Source: a virus. Taken from it: 64,000 nucleotides of DNA. Shown here one piece after another: positions 36,003 through 45,228 of this stretch. The stretch lies in the IMG/VR virus record IMGVR_UViG_3300005573_000060, positions 65,698 to 129,697 of that record, one strand, 5' to 3'. A program made the translations under genes and the position numbers. The first letter of the stretch is position 1, and each line of letters starts with the position of its first letter. The notes beneath the pieces were generated by a model. The model saw only the letters and a program-made list of their open reading frames with translations, was not told the DNA's origin and did no database searches.

Positions 36003-37001
36003 ATGGCATTTAAAACAGATAAAGCTTCTATAAATCAAAGTGCTTTAACATCTAATGTATTAGATGTTAGTGGAAACGCTATTATTTCATCTCTTAAAGG
36101 AACGGGATATAGAGTAGTTACAGTTGGAACAGACGGGTCTCTTTCAACATCATCTATTCCAACACCTCCTAAAGTATATGGATTGTTTGGAGACGGTTCA
36201 TTGGGAGATGTAACATTAGATGTTAGTACAACTCTATCAAGAGATATGAATTATTATAATTTAACCATAAATAGCAATGTGTGGCTTAATACCGCTGGAT
36301 TTGTTTTAAGAGTTTTTGGTACATTAACTATAAATTCGGGCGGGCATATTGCTTGTGATGGAGGTAATGGCGGGAATGGAACCGCAACTGCATATGGGTC
36401 TGGAGGAGCGCCTCCTTATTATAGTTCATCAATTTTTCCTTTTATAGGAATTCCTTCGGGAGGAGGTAACGGAGCAGTATATGTTTCTGCTGGAACGTCC
36501 GCATCAGCTGGAGCAACTGGTGGAGCAAGTAGTAATAGCGTTACTTATAATCCTCCCCCTATAATTAGAGCTGGAGCTGGAGGAGGCGGCGGTGGAGCTG
36601 TTGGTTCCGGATCATTTACAGCTGCAAATAGTTATAATGTAGATTTTGCTGCTGGAGCTGGAGGTACTGGAAAAAGTGCTGTGGTACCAAGTGCTTCTAC
36701 ACAAGGATGCGGTGGAGGCGGAGGAGGCGGTGGTGGCGTGCTTATTATTTATGCAAATACTATTAATAATGCTGGTTCAATTCATGCAAATGGCGGAAAT
36801 GGAGGAAACGGATATTATGTTAGTGGTGTTGTACAAGCTGGAGGCGGAGGAGGCGGCGGAGGCGGCACTGTTATAGTTTTTTACAGAAAAACAACCGGGT
36901 CAGGATTAGGAACTATTACTGCAAATGCTGGATCAGCAGGATCTTATGGTACAGGTGGAACATCCGCAACTAATGGTATAGTTATAACATATAACATGTA
37001 A
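36003..37001 (+). CDS. Glycine-rich adhesin/fibre-tip paralog 1
   Basis: FGDGSLGDVTL, MNY.NLT, poly-G runs, ANGGNGGNG. Confidence 0.75.
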   Translation: MAFKTDKASINQSALTSNVLDVSGNAIISSLKGTGYRVVTVGTDGSLSTSSIPTPPKVYGLFGDGSLGDVTLDVSTTLSRDMNYYNLTINSNVWLNTAGFVLRVFGTLTINSGGHIACDGGNGGNGTATAYGSGGAPPYYSSSIFPFIGIPSGGGNGAVYVSAGTSASAGATGGASSNSVTYNPPPIIRAGAGGGGGGAVGSGSFTAANSYNVDFAAGAGGTGKSAVVPSASTQGCGGGGGGGGGVLIIYANTINNAGSIHANGGNGGNGYYVSGVVQAGGGGGGGGGTVIVFYRKTTGSGLGTITANAGSAGSYGTGGTSATNGIVITYNM

Positions 37002-37019
37002 AATGTAAATGATTGCTTT

Positions 37020-38033
37020 ATGGGCTTAATAACAGATAAATTATCAATAGGAAACGCATTATTATCAAGTTATAACTTAGATGTAAGCGGAAATGTTAGA
37101 ATAGATGCATTAAGTGGCACTGGAACAAGAATGGTTGTTCCTGATGCAAGTGGATTACTTTCAACTGCTCCATATTCATCAACTCTTGATTCAACTGGAT
37201 TAGTTGGTATATTCGGAGATGGCTCAGATGGTGATGTAACATTGTCCAGTTCAACTACTCTTACAAGAGAAATGAATTATAGAAATCTAACATTAAATGG
37301 TAGCGTTGTTCTTAATACAGCCGGATATATAGTGAGAGTTTCGGGTACATTAATTATGAGCGCATCTTCAATAATATCTTGTGATGGAAGCGCAGGGCAA
37401 AACGCGCCAGCAGCTGGAACTAAAGGAAATGGAGGAGGAAGCACAATGACTGCTGCAAGATATCCCTGGCAATGTGTCCCTGGATCAGGAGGCGCGGGAG
37501 AACAAAGAAGCGCTGCAGCAAACTCTAATGGTACGGGGGCTTCAAGAGGGAGCTCTACAACAACAGCTACATCTAGCGGCCCCGTCTTCATAAGAGCTGG
37601 TGCAGGAGGTGGAGGAGGTGGTGCTCATGGAAGCACAACTGGAAGAGTTGCGCCGGTTGCTGGTACAGCAGTTTGGCATGGAAATGCTGGTGGAGTTGGA
37701 GCAACAGCATCAGGAACAAGCACAAGCGCATACGCTTCAGGAGGAGGTGGTGGCGGAGGAGGCGGTATATGTGTCGTTTTCGCCAATGATGTTAGTGCGG
37801 GTACGTCTACATACATTCGAGCAAATGGAGGAAATGGCGGTAATGGGTATGTTGGAAGTAATGCCACAGGAGGTGGCGGTGGTGGTGGCGGCGGCGGAAC
37901 CGCAATATTAGTTTATAAAACTTATAAAGCACTACCATCATTAAGTGCAAATGGAGGGTCTGTTGGAACAGGAGGTTCTGGAGGAACAAGTGGAAGCAAT
38001 GGCTTAACAATATTATATAGAATAAAAGAATAA
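37020..38033 (+). CDS. Glycine-rich adhesin/fibre-tip paralog 2
   Basis: FGDGSDGDVTL, REMNYRNLT, poly-G runs. Confidence 0.75.
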   Translation: MGLITDKLSIGNALLSSYNLDVSGNVRIDALSGTGTRMVVPDASGLLSTAPYSSTLDSTGLVGIFGDGSDGDVTLSSSTTLTREMNYRNLTLNGSVVLNTAGYIVRVSGTLIMSASSIISCDGSAGQNAPAAGTKGNGGGSTMTAARYPWQCVPGSGGAGEQRSAAANSNGTGASRGSSTTTATSSGPVFIRAGAGGGGGGAHGSTTGRVAPVAGTAVWHGNAGGVGATASGTSTSAYASGGGGGGGGGICVVFANDVSAGTSTYIRANGGNGGNGYVGSNATGGGGGGGGGGTAILVYKTYKALPSLSANGGSVGTGGSGGTSGSNGLTILYRIKE

Positions 38034-38039
38034 AGCATT

Positions 38040-39023
38040 ATGGGATTTATCACTGATCAAGTATTATTAGGGAAAGAAACTATAGGTAGTTATCAATTAG
38101 ATGTTAGTGGTGGAGCTAGAATAAGTAGTTTAGCTGGAACATCAAAAATGGTTGTTGCTGATTCTAGTGGTGTTTTAAGCACACAATCAATTTTAGATGC
38201 ATCTGGTATAGGATATGTTGGATTTTTTGGAGATGGCGCCGATGGAGATGTATCAGTATCTACATCAATATCATTAACCAGAGAAATGAGTTATAATAAT
38301 TTAACTGTTACAGGAACCGGAAATATTACTACCAATGGTTATATCATAAGAGTTAGAAGAAATTTAGTCATTAACTCTGGAGGAGTTATAAATTGTGATG
38401 GAAAAAATGGAAGCGGTAATACAGCAGGTACTGGTGCTTATTCTTCTACAGTATATCCTGAATTTGGCGTTCCTTCTGATGGAGGCACTGGAGGAGTTGC
38501 TAGTAGTGCGGGAAGTATTGCACAATCTGGAGCAGCAGGAGGAACATATGTTATAATAAATACAAACTCTCCTATTCAATTTAGAGTTGGATCTGGTGGA
38601 GGCGGAGGAGGTCAAATAAATAATGATAGTGGAGCACTAGCACAAGGGGGCAGAACTGTTTGGATGTTAGCTGGAAGTGGAGGAGCTGGTAAAGATGCAA
38701 ACTGGGTATCAGGTACTGTTCAATTAAATGGAGGTGGTGGAGGTGGAGGTGCTGGTGTATGTTGTGTATACGCATATAGCATAAATAATGCAGGTGTAAT
38801 AAGAGCAAATGGAGGAAATGGCGGTAATGGAGCAGTTTCTGGTTCTAACTCTGCAGGAGGGGGCGGTGGTGGAGGCGGTGGAGTTGTTATTGTTTATTAT
38901 AGAACTACATCTGGTTCTGGTGTAGGAACTCTTCAAGCTAATGGCGGAACTGCTGGAACTGGCGGAGTTGATTCTGGATCAAATAATGGTTCAAGTGGCG
39001 TAACAATGTCTTGTAGAATATAA
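38040..39023 (+). CDS. Glycine-rich adhesin/fibre-tip paralog 3
   Basis: FGDGADGDVSV, REMSYNNLT, poly-G runs. Confidence 0.75.
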   Translation: MGFITDQVLLGKETIGSYQLDVSGGARISSLAGTSKMVVADSSGVLSTQSILDASGIGYVGFFGDGADGDVSVSTSISLTREMSYNNLTVTGTGNITTNGYIIRVRRNLVINSGGVINCDGKNGSGNTAGTGAYSSTVYPEFGVPSDGGTGGVASSAGSIAQSGAAGGTYVIINTNSPIQFRVGSGGGGGGQINNDSGALAQGGRTVWMLAGSGGAGKDANWVSGTVQLNGGGGGGGAGVCCVYAYSINNAGVIRANGGNGGNGAVSGSNSAGGGGGGGGGVVIVYYRTTSGSGVGTLQANGGTAGTGGVDSGSNNGSSGVTMSCRI

Positions 39024-39038
39024 ATAAAATAAAATACT

Positions 39039-39404
39039 ATGGCGCTCTTAATTCAAAAAAGAGATTCATCTCTTTCTTTATATATTAGATTAGAATGTAC
39101 CTTACATGTTACTGGAAAAATTATAATTGTTAGATGTCTAATGTTTTCTGATAGAGATTCTTATATGTTAAATAAAAAAATTTATGTAGAAAGAATTCCT
39201 AATTTCATACGTTTAGATTATAATAGAGAAATCGATGGGAATGACATTCTTTCTTTTTCTCATAATAAAGTACTAGAGTATTTAACATCTGAACATTATA
39301 TAGAAGAGGATATAAATGATCCAGACACAGGTGAAATTGTAAAGAAAACAACATATATTCCTGCTTTTTGTAATAGTGAAGAAATTATAATTTCTGAAAT
39401 ATAA
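39039..39404 (+). CDS. Hypothetical protein
   Basis: 121-aa ORF at end of fibre operon. Confidence 0.55.
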   Translation: MALLIQKRDSSLSLYIRLECTLHVTGKIIIVRCLMFSDRDSYMLNKKIYVERIPNFIRLDYNREIDGNDILSFSHNKVLEYLTSEHYIEEDINDPDTGEIVKKTTYIPAFCNSEEIIISEI

Positions 39405-39448
39405 AACATTTTATTCATAGCTTTATATAATTATAAAAACAGTTAAAA

Positions 39449-41242
39449 ATGAATAAAAATTTATGTAAAACTGTTCTTGAAGAAGGCGGAGATATAATTC
39501 CTTTAATCATTTCATCAAAAGATACAGGAGGAACGGGCTTAATGAATCCTTCTGTTTTTATTTATAATGGTAAACCTATTGTAAATTTAAGACATGTTAA
39601 TTATACTCTTTGGCACTCAGAATTTCGTCAAAAATTTAATAATAATTGGGGGCCTTTAGCATATCTTCATCCAGAAAATGATATACATCTTAAAACTAAT
39701 AATTTTTTACTTTTTCTTAATGACAATTATGAAACTGAGAGTTATTACAAAGTAAATATGAAGCTTGATTCTCCTAATCCTATGTGGGAATTTCATGGAT
39801 TAGAAGATGCTAGATTAGTTTACTGGAATAATAAATTATATTTAAGTGGTGTTAGAAGAGATACAACTCCAAATGGTGAAGGAAGAATAGAGTTATCTGA
39901 AGTAATAATAAAAAATGATGGTGTAGAAGAAGTTTCTAGATTAAGAACCGAACCTCCAGGCCCTCCTTCATATTGTGAAAAAAATTGGATGCCTATACTA
40001 GATATGCCTTATCATTATGTTAAATGGTGTAATCCAACTCAAGTCGTTAAAGTAGATCCAATATCTGGAATAGCGGAAACTGTTTATTTATCAAATGATC
40101 GTATTCCTAATTTACCAGATTTTAGAGGAGGTTCTCAAGTTATAAATTGGATGGGTCTTAAAATGGCGTTTATTCATCAAGTTTTTCTATTTAATAATAT
40201 AATAAAGCAAAAGGACGCTATATATGAGCATAGATTATTATTGTGGGATAATAACTGGAATCTTATTTTTATAAGTGAACCATTTAAATTTATGACAGGA
40301 TTAATAGAGTTTTGTGGAGGAGCTGCAATATATAAAGATGATTTATTAATCTCCTTTGGTTTTCAAGATAATAGCGCATTTATTTTAAGAGTTCCAAAAG
40401 ATAAAATTGAGAGTATTTTTGGATTTAAATATGATAATCTTAAAATTAATAATAAAATTACTCCTAAACATGTACTTACCGTTGAAGATAAATTAAAAGA
40501 TTTTCCGCCCGTTTATTATATAAGTCATTATAAAGATAAAGAAAGAAGAGATATTTTAGAAAAACAATTTGAAGAGTATAAGATAAAATCACATTGCGTA
40601 TTATCTACAGAAGAATCTGATAGAAGTAATATTATTAAAGGACAATTTATTCATCAATTAACTCCATGGCATCTGAATGTCACGGCATCACATTTAAAGG
40701 CCATAAAAGAGTGGTATGAAAATTCTAGTGAACCATACGCAATAATAATGGAAGATGATATATCACTAGAAACTATAAAATATTGGAATTTTACATGGAA
40801 TGATTTAATGAATCACTTACCTTCTGATTGGAGATGCGTACAATTGTGTCTTATAAGAGATAAATTAAATCTTGTAAGTTTAAGAAGAAGATCATGGGAT
40901 GATTGGTCTGCAAGTGCTTACTTAATAAATAGAAATTACGCAAATAAATTGTTATCAACATATTATGTAAATGGAGAATTTATTTTAGAAAAAACGGGAA
41001 CTAATCTATTGCCTATAACTGAAAATATATTGTTTTTAGATCAGCAAAATCCCAATTCAATTTATGTTATGCCTCTATTTATAGAAAACGAGAAAATAAA
41101 AACAACATATGATCAAGAAAATTTAAATATTAAAAAGAATGAAAATGAATTTAGAATTCATAAAGAATCGTCTGAGTTCGTATTAAAATGGTGGAAAGAT
41201 ATTGGAAAATTTGTGGACATTAAAAATTTGATATCGTTATGA
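39449..41242 (+). CDS. Fusion: GH130-like 5-bladed beta-propeller glycosidase plus GT25-like glycosyltransferase
   Basis: NPS, GLEDARLV, EKNWMP, RGGS, IEFCGG; then VYYIS...ERR, SH.KAI, IIMEDD, SAYLINR.YANKLL. Confidence 0.75.
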   Translation: MNKNLCKTVLEEGGDIIPLIISSKDTGGTGLMNPSVFIYNGKPIVNLRHVNYTLWHSEFRQKFNNNWGPLAYLHPENDIHLKTNNFLLFLNDNYETESYYKVNMKLDSPNPMWEFHGLEDARLVYWNNKLYLSGVRRDTTPNGEGRIELSEVIIKNDGVEEVSRLRTEPPGPPSYCEKNWMPILDMPYHYVKWCNPTQVVKVDPISGIAETVYLSNDRIPNLPDFRGGSQVINWMGLKMAFIHQVFLFNNIIKQKDAIYEHRLLLWDNNWNLIFISEPFKFMTGLIEFCGGAAIYKDDLLISFGFQDNSAFILRVPKDKIESIFGFKYDNLKINNKITPKHVLTVEDKLKDFPPVYYISHYKDKERRDILEKQFEEYKIKSHCVLSTEESDRSNIIKGQFIHQLTPWHLNVTASHLKAIKEWYENSSEPYAIIMEDDISLETIKYWNFTWNDLMNHLPSDWRCVQLCLIRDKLNLVSLRRRSWDDWSASAYLINRNYANKLLSTYYVNGEFILEKTGTNLLPITENILFLDQQNPNSIYVMPLFIENEKIKTTYDQENLNIKKNENEFRIHKESSEFVLKWWKDIGKFVDIKNLISL

Positions 41243-42468
41243 AGAAAGAATTAATTGATTTAATATATGATCCAAAAAATCCTCTTCTTAATTTTAAATT
41301 AGGTGTAAAATATGATGAACTGGGCCAATTATCTTCTGCAGTATCATTTTATTTAAGAGCTGCAGAATTTAGTGTAGATGACTTATTATCATATGAAGCA
41401 TTGATAAAAATTTCTAGTTGTTTAGAGAGACAAGGAAATAGATTACATAGTTGCAAAGCAGCATTATTAAGAGCTATAGCTTTGATTCCTAATAGACCTG
41501 AAGCATATTTTCATTTATCTAGAATTTATGAGTTCATGGGAGAATGGCATGATTGTTATACTACATCATGTTTAGCAGAAACAATGGATTTTAAAGATGA
41601 AAGAGTTTTATTGACAAATGTAGGTTATCCTGGAAAATTTGTGTTTACATTTCAGAGAGCTGTATCTGCTTGGTGGATTGGGTTATTTGAAGAATCTTTG
41701 GCATATTTTAGAAAACTAGAAAACAATCCTCTAATAGGTTCTCCTTATAAAGAATCAATAAAAGATAATTTATCAAGATTAGGAGGAACTTATAAGAAAG
41801 CAATTACATATGAAAAAGAATTGTATAATGAACTGAGACTTAAATTTCCTGGCGCAGAAACAATAGAAAGAAATTATTCTCAGTGTTATCAAGATATGTT
41901 TATTCTTTCGATGTTAAATGGAAAAAAAGAGGGGACGTTTATAGAATTAGGCGCAGGAGATCCTTATTACAATAATAATACAGTTTTATTGGAAAAAATG
42001 TTTGGGTGGAAAGGCGTATCTATAGATATAGATGAAAATAAGATTGAAAATTTTAAGAAACAAAGAAGCGCAATTGCAATTGCTGCCGATGCACTAAAAA
42101 TTAATTATAATAATCTACTAACTCAAAATACTTATGATTATCTTCAAATAGATTGTGACCCTGCTATAACATCATTTAAAGTGTTAAAGAAAATTCCTCT
42201 CGAAAGAGTTAAATTTGCTATAATAACATTTGAACACGATAAATATTGTGATGAAAACAAAGATATACAAGAATTATCAAGAAAATATATTGAATCATTT
42301 GGATATGTATTAGTTGTAAATAATATAGCTGAAGATGATTGGAGTAGTTTTGAAGATTGGTATGTACATCCAGATTTAGTTGATAAAGATATAATAGAAA
42401 AAATGAAATGTATTTCAGATAATGCAAAAAGAGCTGATTTATATATGCTAAATAAAATAAAATGCTAA
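41239..42468 (+). CDS. TPR-repeat protein fused to FkbM-like SAM methyltransferase
   Basis: TPR helices (RAIALIPNRPEAYFHLSRIYE); FIELGAGDP...NNT, GWKG.SID, DYLQIDCD, ITFEH, FEDWYV. Confidence 0.75.
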   Translation: MKKELIDLIYDPKNPLLNFKLGVKYDELGQLSSAVSFYLRAAEFSVDDLLSYEALIKISSCLERQGNRLHSCKAALLRAIALIPNRPEAYFHLSRIYEFMGEWHDCYTTSCLAETMDFKDERVLLTNVGYPGKFVFTFQRAVSAWWIGLFEESLAYFRKLENNPLIGSPYKESIKDNLSRLGGTYKKAITYEKELYNELRLKFPGAETIERNYSQCYQDMFILSMLNGKKEGTFIELGAGDPYYNNNTVLLEKMFGWKGVSIDIDENKIENFKKQRSAIAIAADALKINYNNLLTQNTYDYLQIDCDPAITSFKVLKKIPLERVKFAIITFEHDKYCDENKDIQELSRKYIESFGYVLVVNNIAEDDWSSFEDWYVHPDLVDKDIIEKMKCISDNAKRADLYMLNKIKC

Positions 42469-42469
42469 T

Positions 42470-42721
42470 ATGAACAAAATTTCATTTATTCTAAAGGGAT
42501 ATTTATCGTGGATATGGTACTACATATATGCTCCATACAGAAGAAGCGTTAAAGAAGAAGCTAAAAGAAGAATTAAAATTTGTGAATCTTGTGAATATTT
42601 TAACTCCACGCTAAGAAGCTGTGAAGTATGTGGATGTTTAATGGATGTTAAAACGAAAATGATATTTCCTTTAGATGAAGAAGGCATTTCAATTGGGGGT
42701 TGTTTAGAAAGAAAATGGTAA
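42470..42721 (+). CDS. Small Cys-rich (zinc-binding) protein
   Basis: RIKICESC...CEVCGCLMDVKTK...C...KW. Confidence 0.65.
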   Translation: MNKISFILKGYLSWIWYYIYAPYRRSVKEEAKRRIKICESCEYFNSTLRSCEVCGCLMDVKTKMIFPLDEEGISIGGCLERKW

Positions 42722-42745
42722 GAGGGCTTAAGCCCTCTTTTTTTT
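42719..42745 (+). terminator. Intrinsic terminator
   Basis: aagagggc-ttaa-gccctctt-tttttt. Confidence 0.85.
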
Positions 42746-42773
42746 AAATATATATAAATAAATATGCTATTTA

Positions 42774-44519
42774 ATGTCTAATAATGATATAAATAAAGAA
42801 AATTTAACTGCCGCAAATCCTGAACAACTTGTTTCAAACAGTGAAATTACAAACAACGAAAAGATGAATGATGTTACGGGAATTGTTGGTGCATCTACAA
42901 CTAATGTCGTTTTTGATGTAAATAAATTAACAAAATCTGTTCAGAATTATTTAGCATTAAACACATTAGCAAATAAAATGTTAGGTTATGACTTTAAATG
43001 GTTCAGAGCAATTCCTCAACAACGTTCAAAAGATGTTATTTTTCAAGAATATACTTTATCAAATGTCGAAGAATGCCCGCTAGATATTAAAGCTATTATA
43101 CCTCAAGGTACAGTTCCTGATAGTAAGTACACATATGATTTAATGGGATTAGAATATGAAGTTCCATTTGAAATACAAATAGATAAAAAATATTGGGAAT
43201 CTATAGCTGGAGTTGGAACGGCGCCTCAGAAAAAAGATATAGTTTATATGGTTTTATCAAATAAATTGTATCAAGTTGAATCTAGCTATTTATTTAGAGG
43301 TTTCATGGATCAAGAAACAACTTGGAAAGTGCATTTAGTAAAATATCAACCAGAAGCTTCAAGAAGAGAAGGACAGCAATTAAAACAGACAATAGATCAA
43401 TACACTGTAAGCGCAGAAGAATTATTTGGAAAAGCTGTATCTAATGAAGTTAAAGATGCAATTAATGATACACAATTTAGTCAATTTAATGGAACTGAAA
43501 AAGATATGTATAAGAATTTTGATTCTAAACTTGAAACAGTTTCAGAATCTATAGATATATATGGAACTATAGTTTCTCAATCATTTTATGATATGAGAAC
43601 ATCGTCAACATTTAACGCGATTACATATAATGTGGAAGATATTATAAATACAGATAAAGATAGAAGTGTAACAGCCTGGTTTAAGCCTTTAATCTCAAAT
43701 AATGATTATTATAATATAACATCTATAACAAATATAGTTACATCATTATTACCAAGTGATTTAGAGGAATATAATGAAGATCTATATAATAGAGCTAATT
43801 ATACTATAACAATAGATAAAGTACCAACGCTTTCAAAAATTAATATTGATGATAATGTAGTTATATCAAGACCCGGTTCTCTTAATTTTTATGCAAAAAT
43901 TGTTGCAATTAGCATAAATCCTCTTAGATATCATTGTATAATTAATCCGTTTGTCATCGAATATTTAGAGAATTTAACTCCTACGCCTGGTCAATGGGTA
44001 TCACAAAGGGGTTATAAATTACAAGTTAAAAATCCTATATCTATAATTGATGGAGTTAATGATTTTGATGAACATGTGTTAGGAGTAAATATTTTTGCTA
44101 ATCAATATATTTCTATTAATTATTCACACTCTTATTCGGATGAAAATTCATATGTGGTAAGATTGGATGAGAAACTAGAAGATGATAAGTGGTATGCAAT
44201 TGTTGTAAATATTGGAAATACATGGAATCAATATAAAATTTATATTTGGGAAAGTGACCCGACTGATAAAAATTCAAAATTAAAAATCAATTCATATAAA
44301 ACTCTTAAATTATATCCAGAAGAAATATATGTTAAGAAATATACTATAAATAAATCAGATTCTTATTTAACCAACATAAGATTATTTACGACTACAATAG
44401 AAGAAGACAGACAAGCAGGTGAATTACTATCATACTTTAGTAAAAATGGTAGTCAAATTATTATTGGAGATAATGCAGATCCTATTCTTCGTCTTCCGTA
44501 TATTTCAAAACATAGATAA
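42774..44519 (+). CDS. Neck protein (T4 gp14-like N-terminus) with LamG-like C-terminal extension
   Basis: MGLEYEVPFEIQID...PQKKDIVYM...LYQV...WKVHL.KY; SVTAWFKP, WYAIVVN, LTNIRLF. Confidence 0.55.
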   Translation: MSNNDINKENLTAANPEQLVSNSEITNNEKMNDVTGIVGASTTNVVFDVNKLTKSVQNYLALNTLANKMLGYDFKWFRAIPQQRSKDVIFQEYTLSNVEECPLDIKAIIPQGTVPDSKYTYDLMGLEYEVPFEIQIDKKYWESIAGVGTAPQKKDIVYMVLSNKLYQVESSYLFRGFMDQETTWKVHLVKYQPEASRREGQQLKQTIDQYTVSAEELFGKAVSNEVKDAINDTQFSQFNGTEKDMYKNFDSKLETVSESIDIYGTIVSQSFYDMRTSSTFNAITYNVEDIINTDKDRSVTAWFKPLISNNDYYNITSITNIVTSLLPSDLEEYNEDLYNRANYTITIDKVPTLSKINIDDNVVISRPGSLNFYAKIVAISINPLRYHCIINPFVIEYLENLTPTPGQWVSQRGYKLQVKNPISIIDGVNDFDEHVLGVNIFANQYISINYSHSYSDENSYVVRLDEKLEDDKWYAIVVNIGNTWNQYKIYIWESDPTDKNSKLKINSYKTLKLYPEEIYVKKYTINKSDSYLTNIRLFTTTIEEDRQAGELLSYFSKNGSQIIIGDNADPILRLPYISKHR

Positions 44520-44562
44520 ATATATTTGCAATATAAATTTGTTTAATTAAATAAAAATAACT

Positions 44563-45225
44563 ATGAAATTAAAAGAAGAAAGAAAAGAATTGGAAAAGAT
44601 GTTAAATAGTTCTCCGGATAACATAGAGAAAAATGTTCTTAAACCAGAAGAGGATATTCCGGGGCTAAAAGCAGAACCTGTGACAAATGTTGATTTTGAT
44701 CAGTTAAAAAAAGATTGTGAAGAAGATGCGCGTATCATGATAACAAATGCCATAGCATTTATTATTCCAGAAGATATGATAGAAAATAATGAATATTTGA
44801 AAAATAAACTTGAAGTAGATGTTATATCTCTTGGTAGTATGATTTATCAGTTACGTACAAATGAGGCAATGCAAAAAGCTTTAATTGATCAGATTAATCT
44901 CGGAATGGTAAATGCTAGAATGTTTGAAGTATTTGCCGCAATGTCAAAAACTGTTGGTGAATTAAATAAACAACTCATACAAACAGTTGAAGCTATAAAA
45001 GAAACTTATAAATCATTTAAAGAAGATATAAAAGAAAAAAGAACAGAAGCTTTAGGCCCTACTCAACAAAGTGTAGGTATTTTAAAATCTGGTGATGGAG
45101 GTGTTGTCACAAGAGGAACTAAAGAACTTATAAAAAGAGTAAAAGATGCCAAAAGCAATGTCTTTAATAATAATGATGATTATATTGATGACGCAGAAGT
45201 AATTCCTAATATTAATATTCCTTAA
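44563..45225 (+). CDS. Helical protein, probable small terminase subunit
   Basis: Directly upstream of large terminase, after a promoter box; coiled-coil character. Confidence 0.45.
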   Translation: MKLKEERKELEKMLNSSPDNIEKNVLKPEEDIPGLKAEPVTNVDFDQLKKDCEEDARIMITNAIAFIIPEDMIENNEYLKNKLEVDVISLGSMIYQLRTNEAMQKALIDQINLGMVNARMFEVFAAMSKTVGELNKQLIQTVEAIKETYKSFKEDIKEKRTEALGPTQQSVGILKSGDGGVVTRGTKELIKRVKDAKSNVFNNNDDYIDDAEVIPNINIP

Positions 45226-45228
45226 AAT

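Noticed and set aside
36003-39023. Diversity-generating retroelement or shufflon acting on adhesins
   Set aside because: No reverse transcriptase, recombinase or adenine-specific TR/VR pair visible
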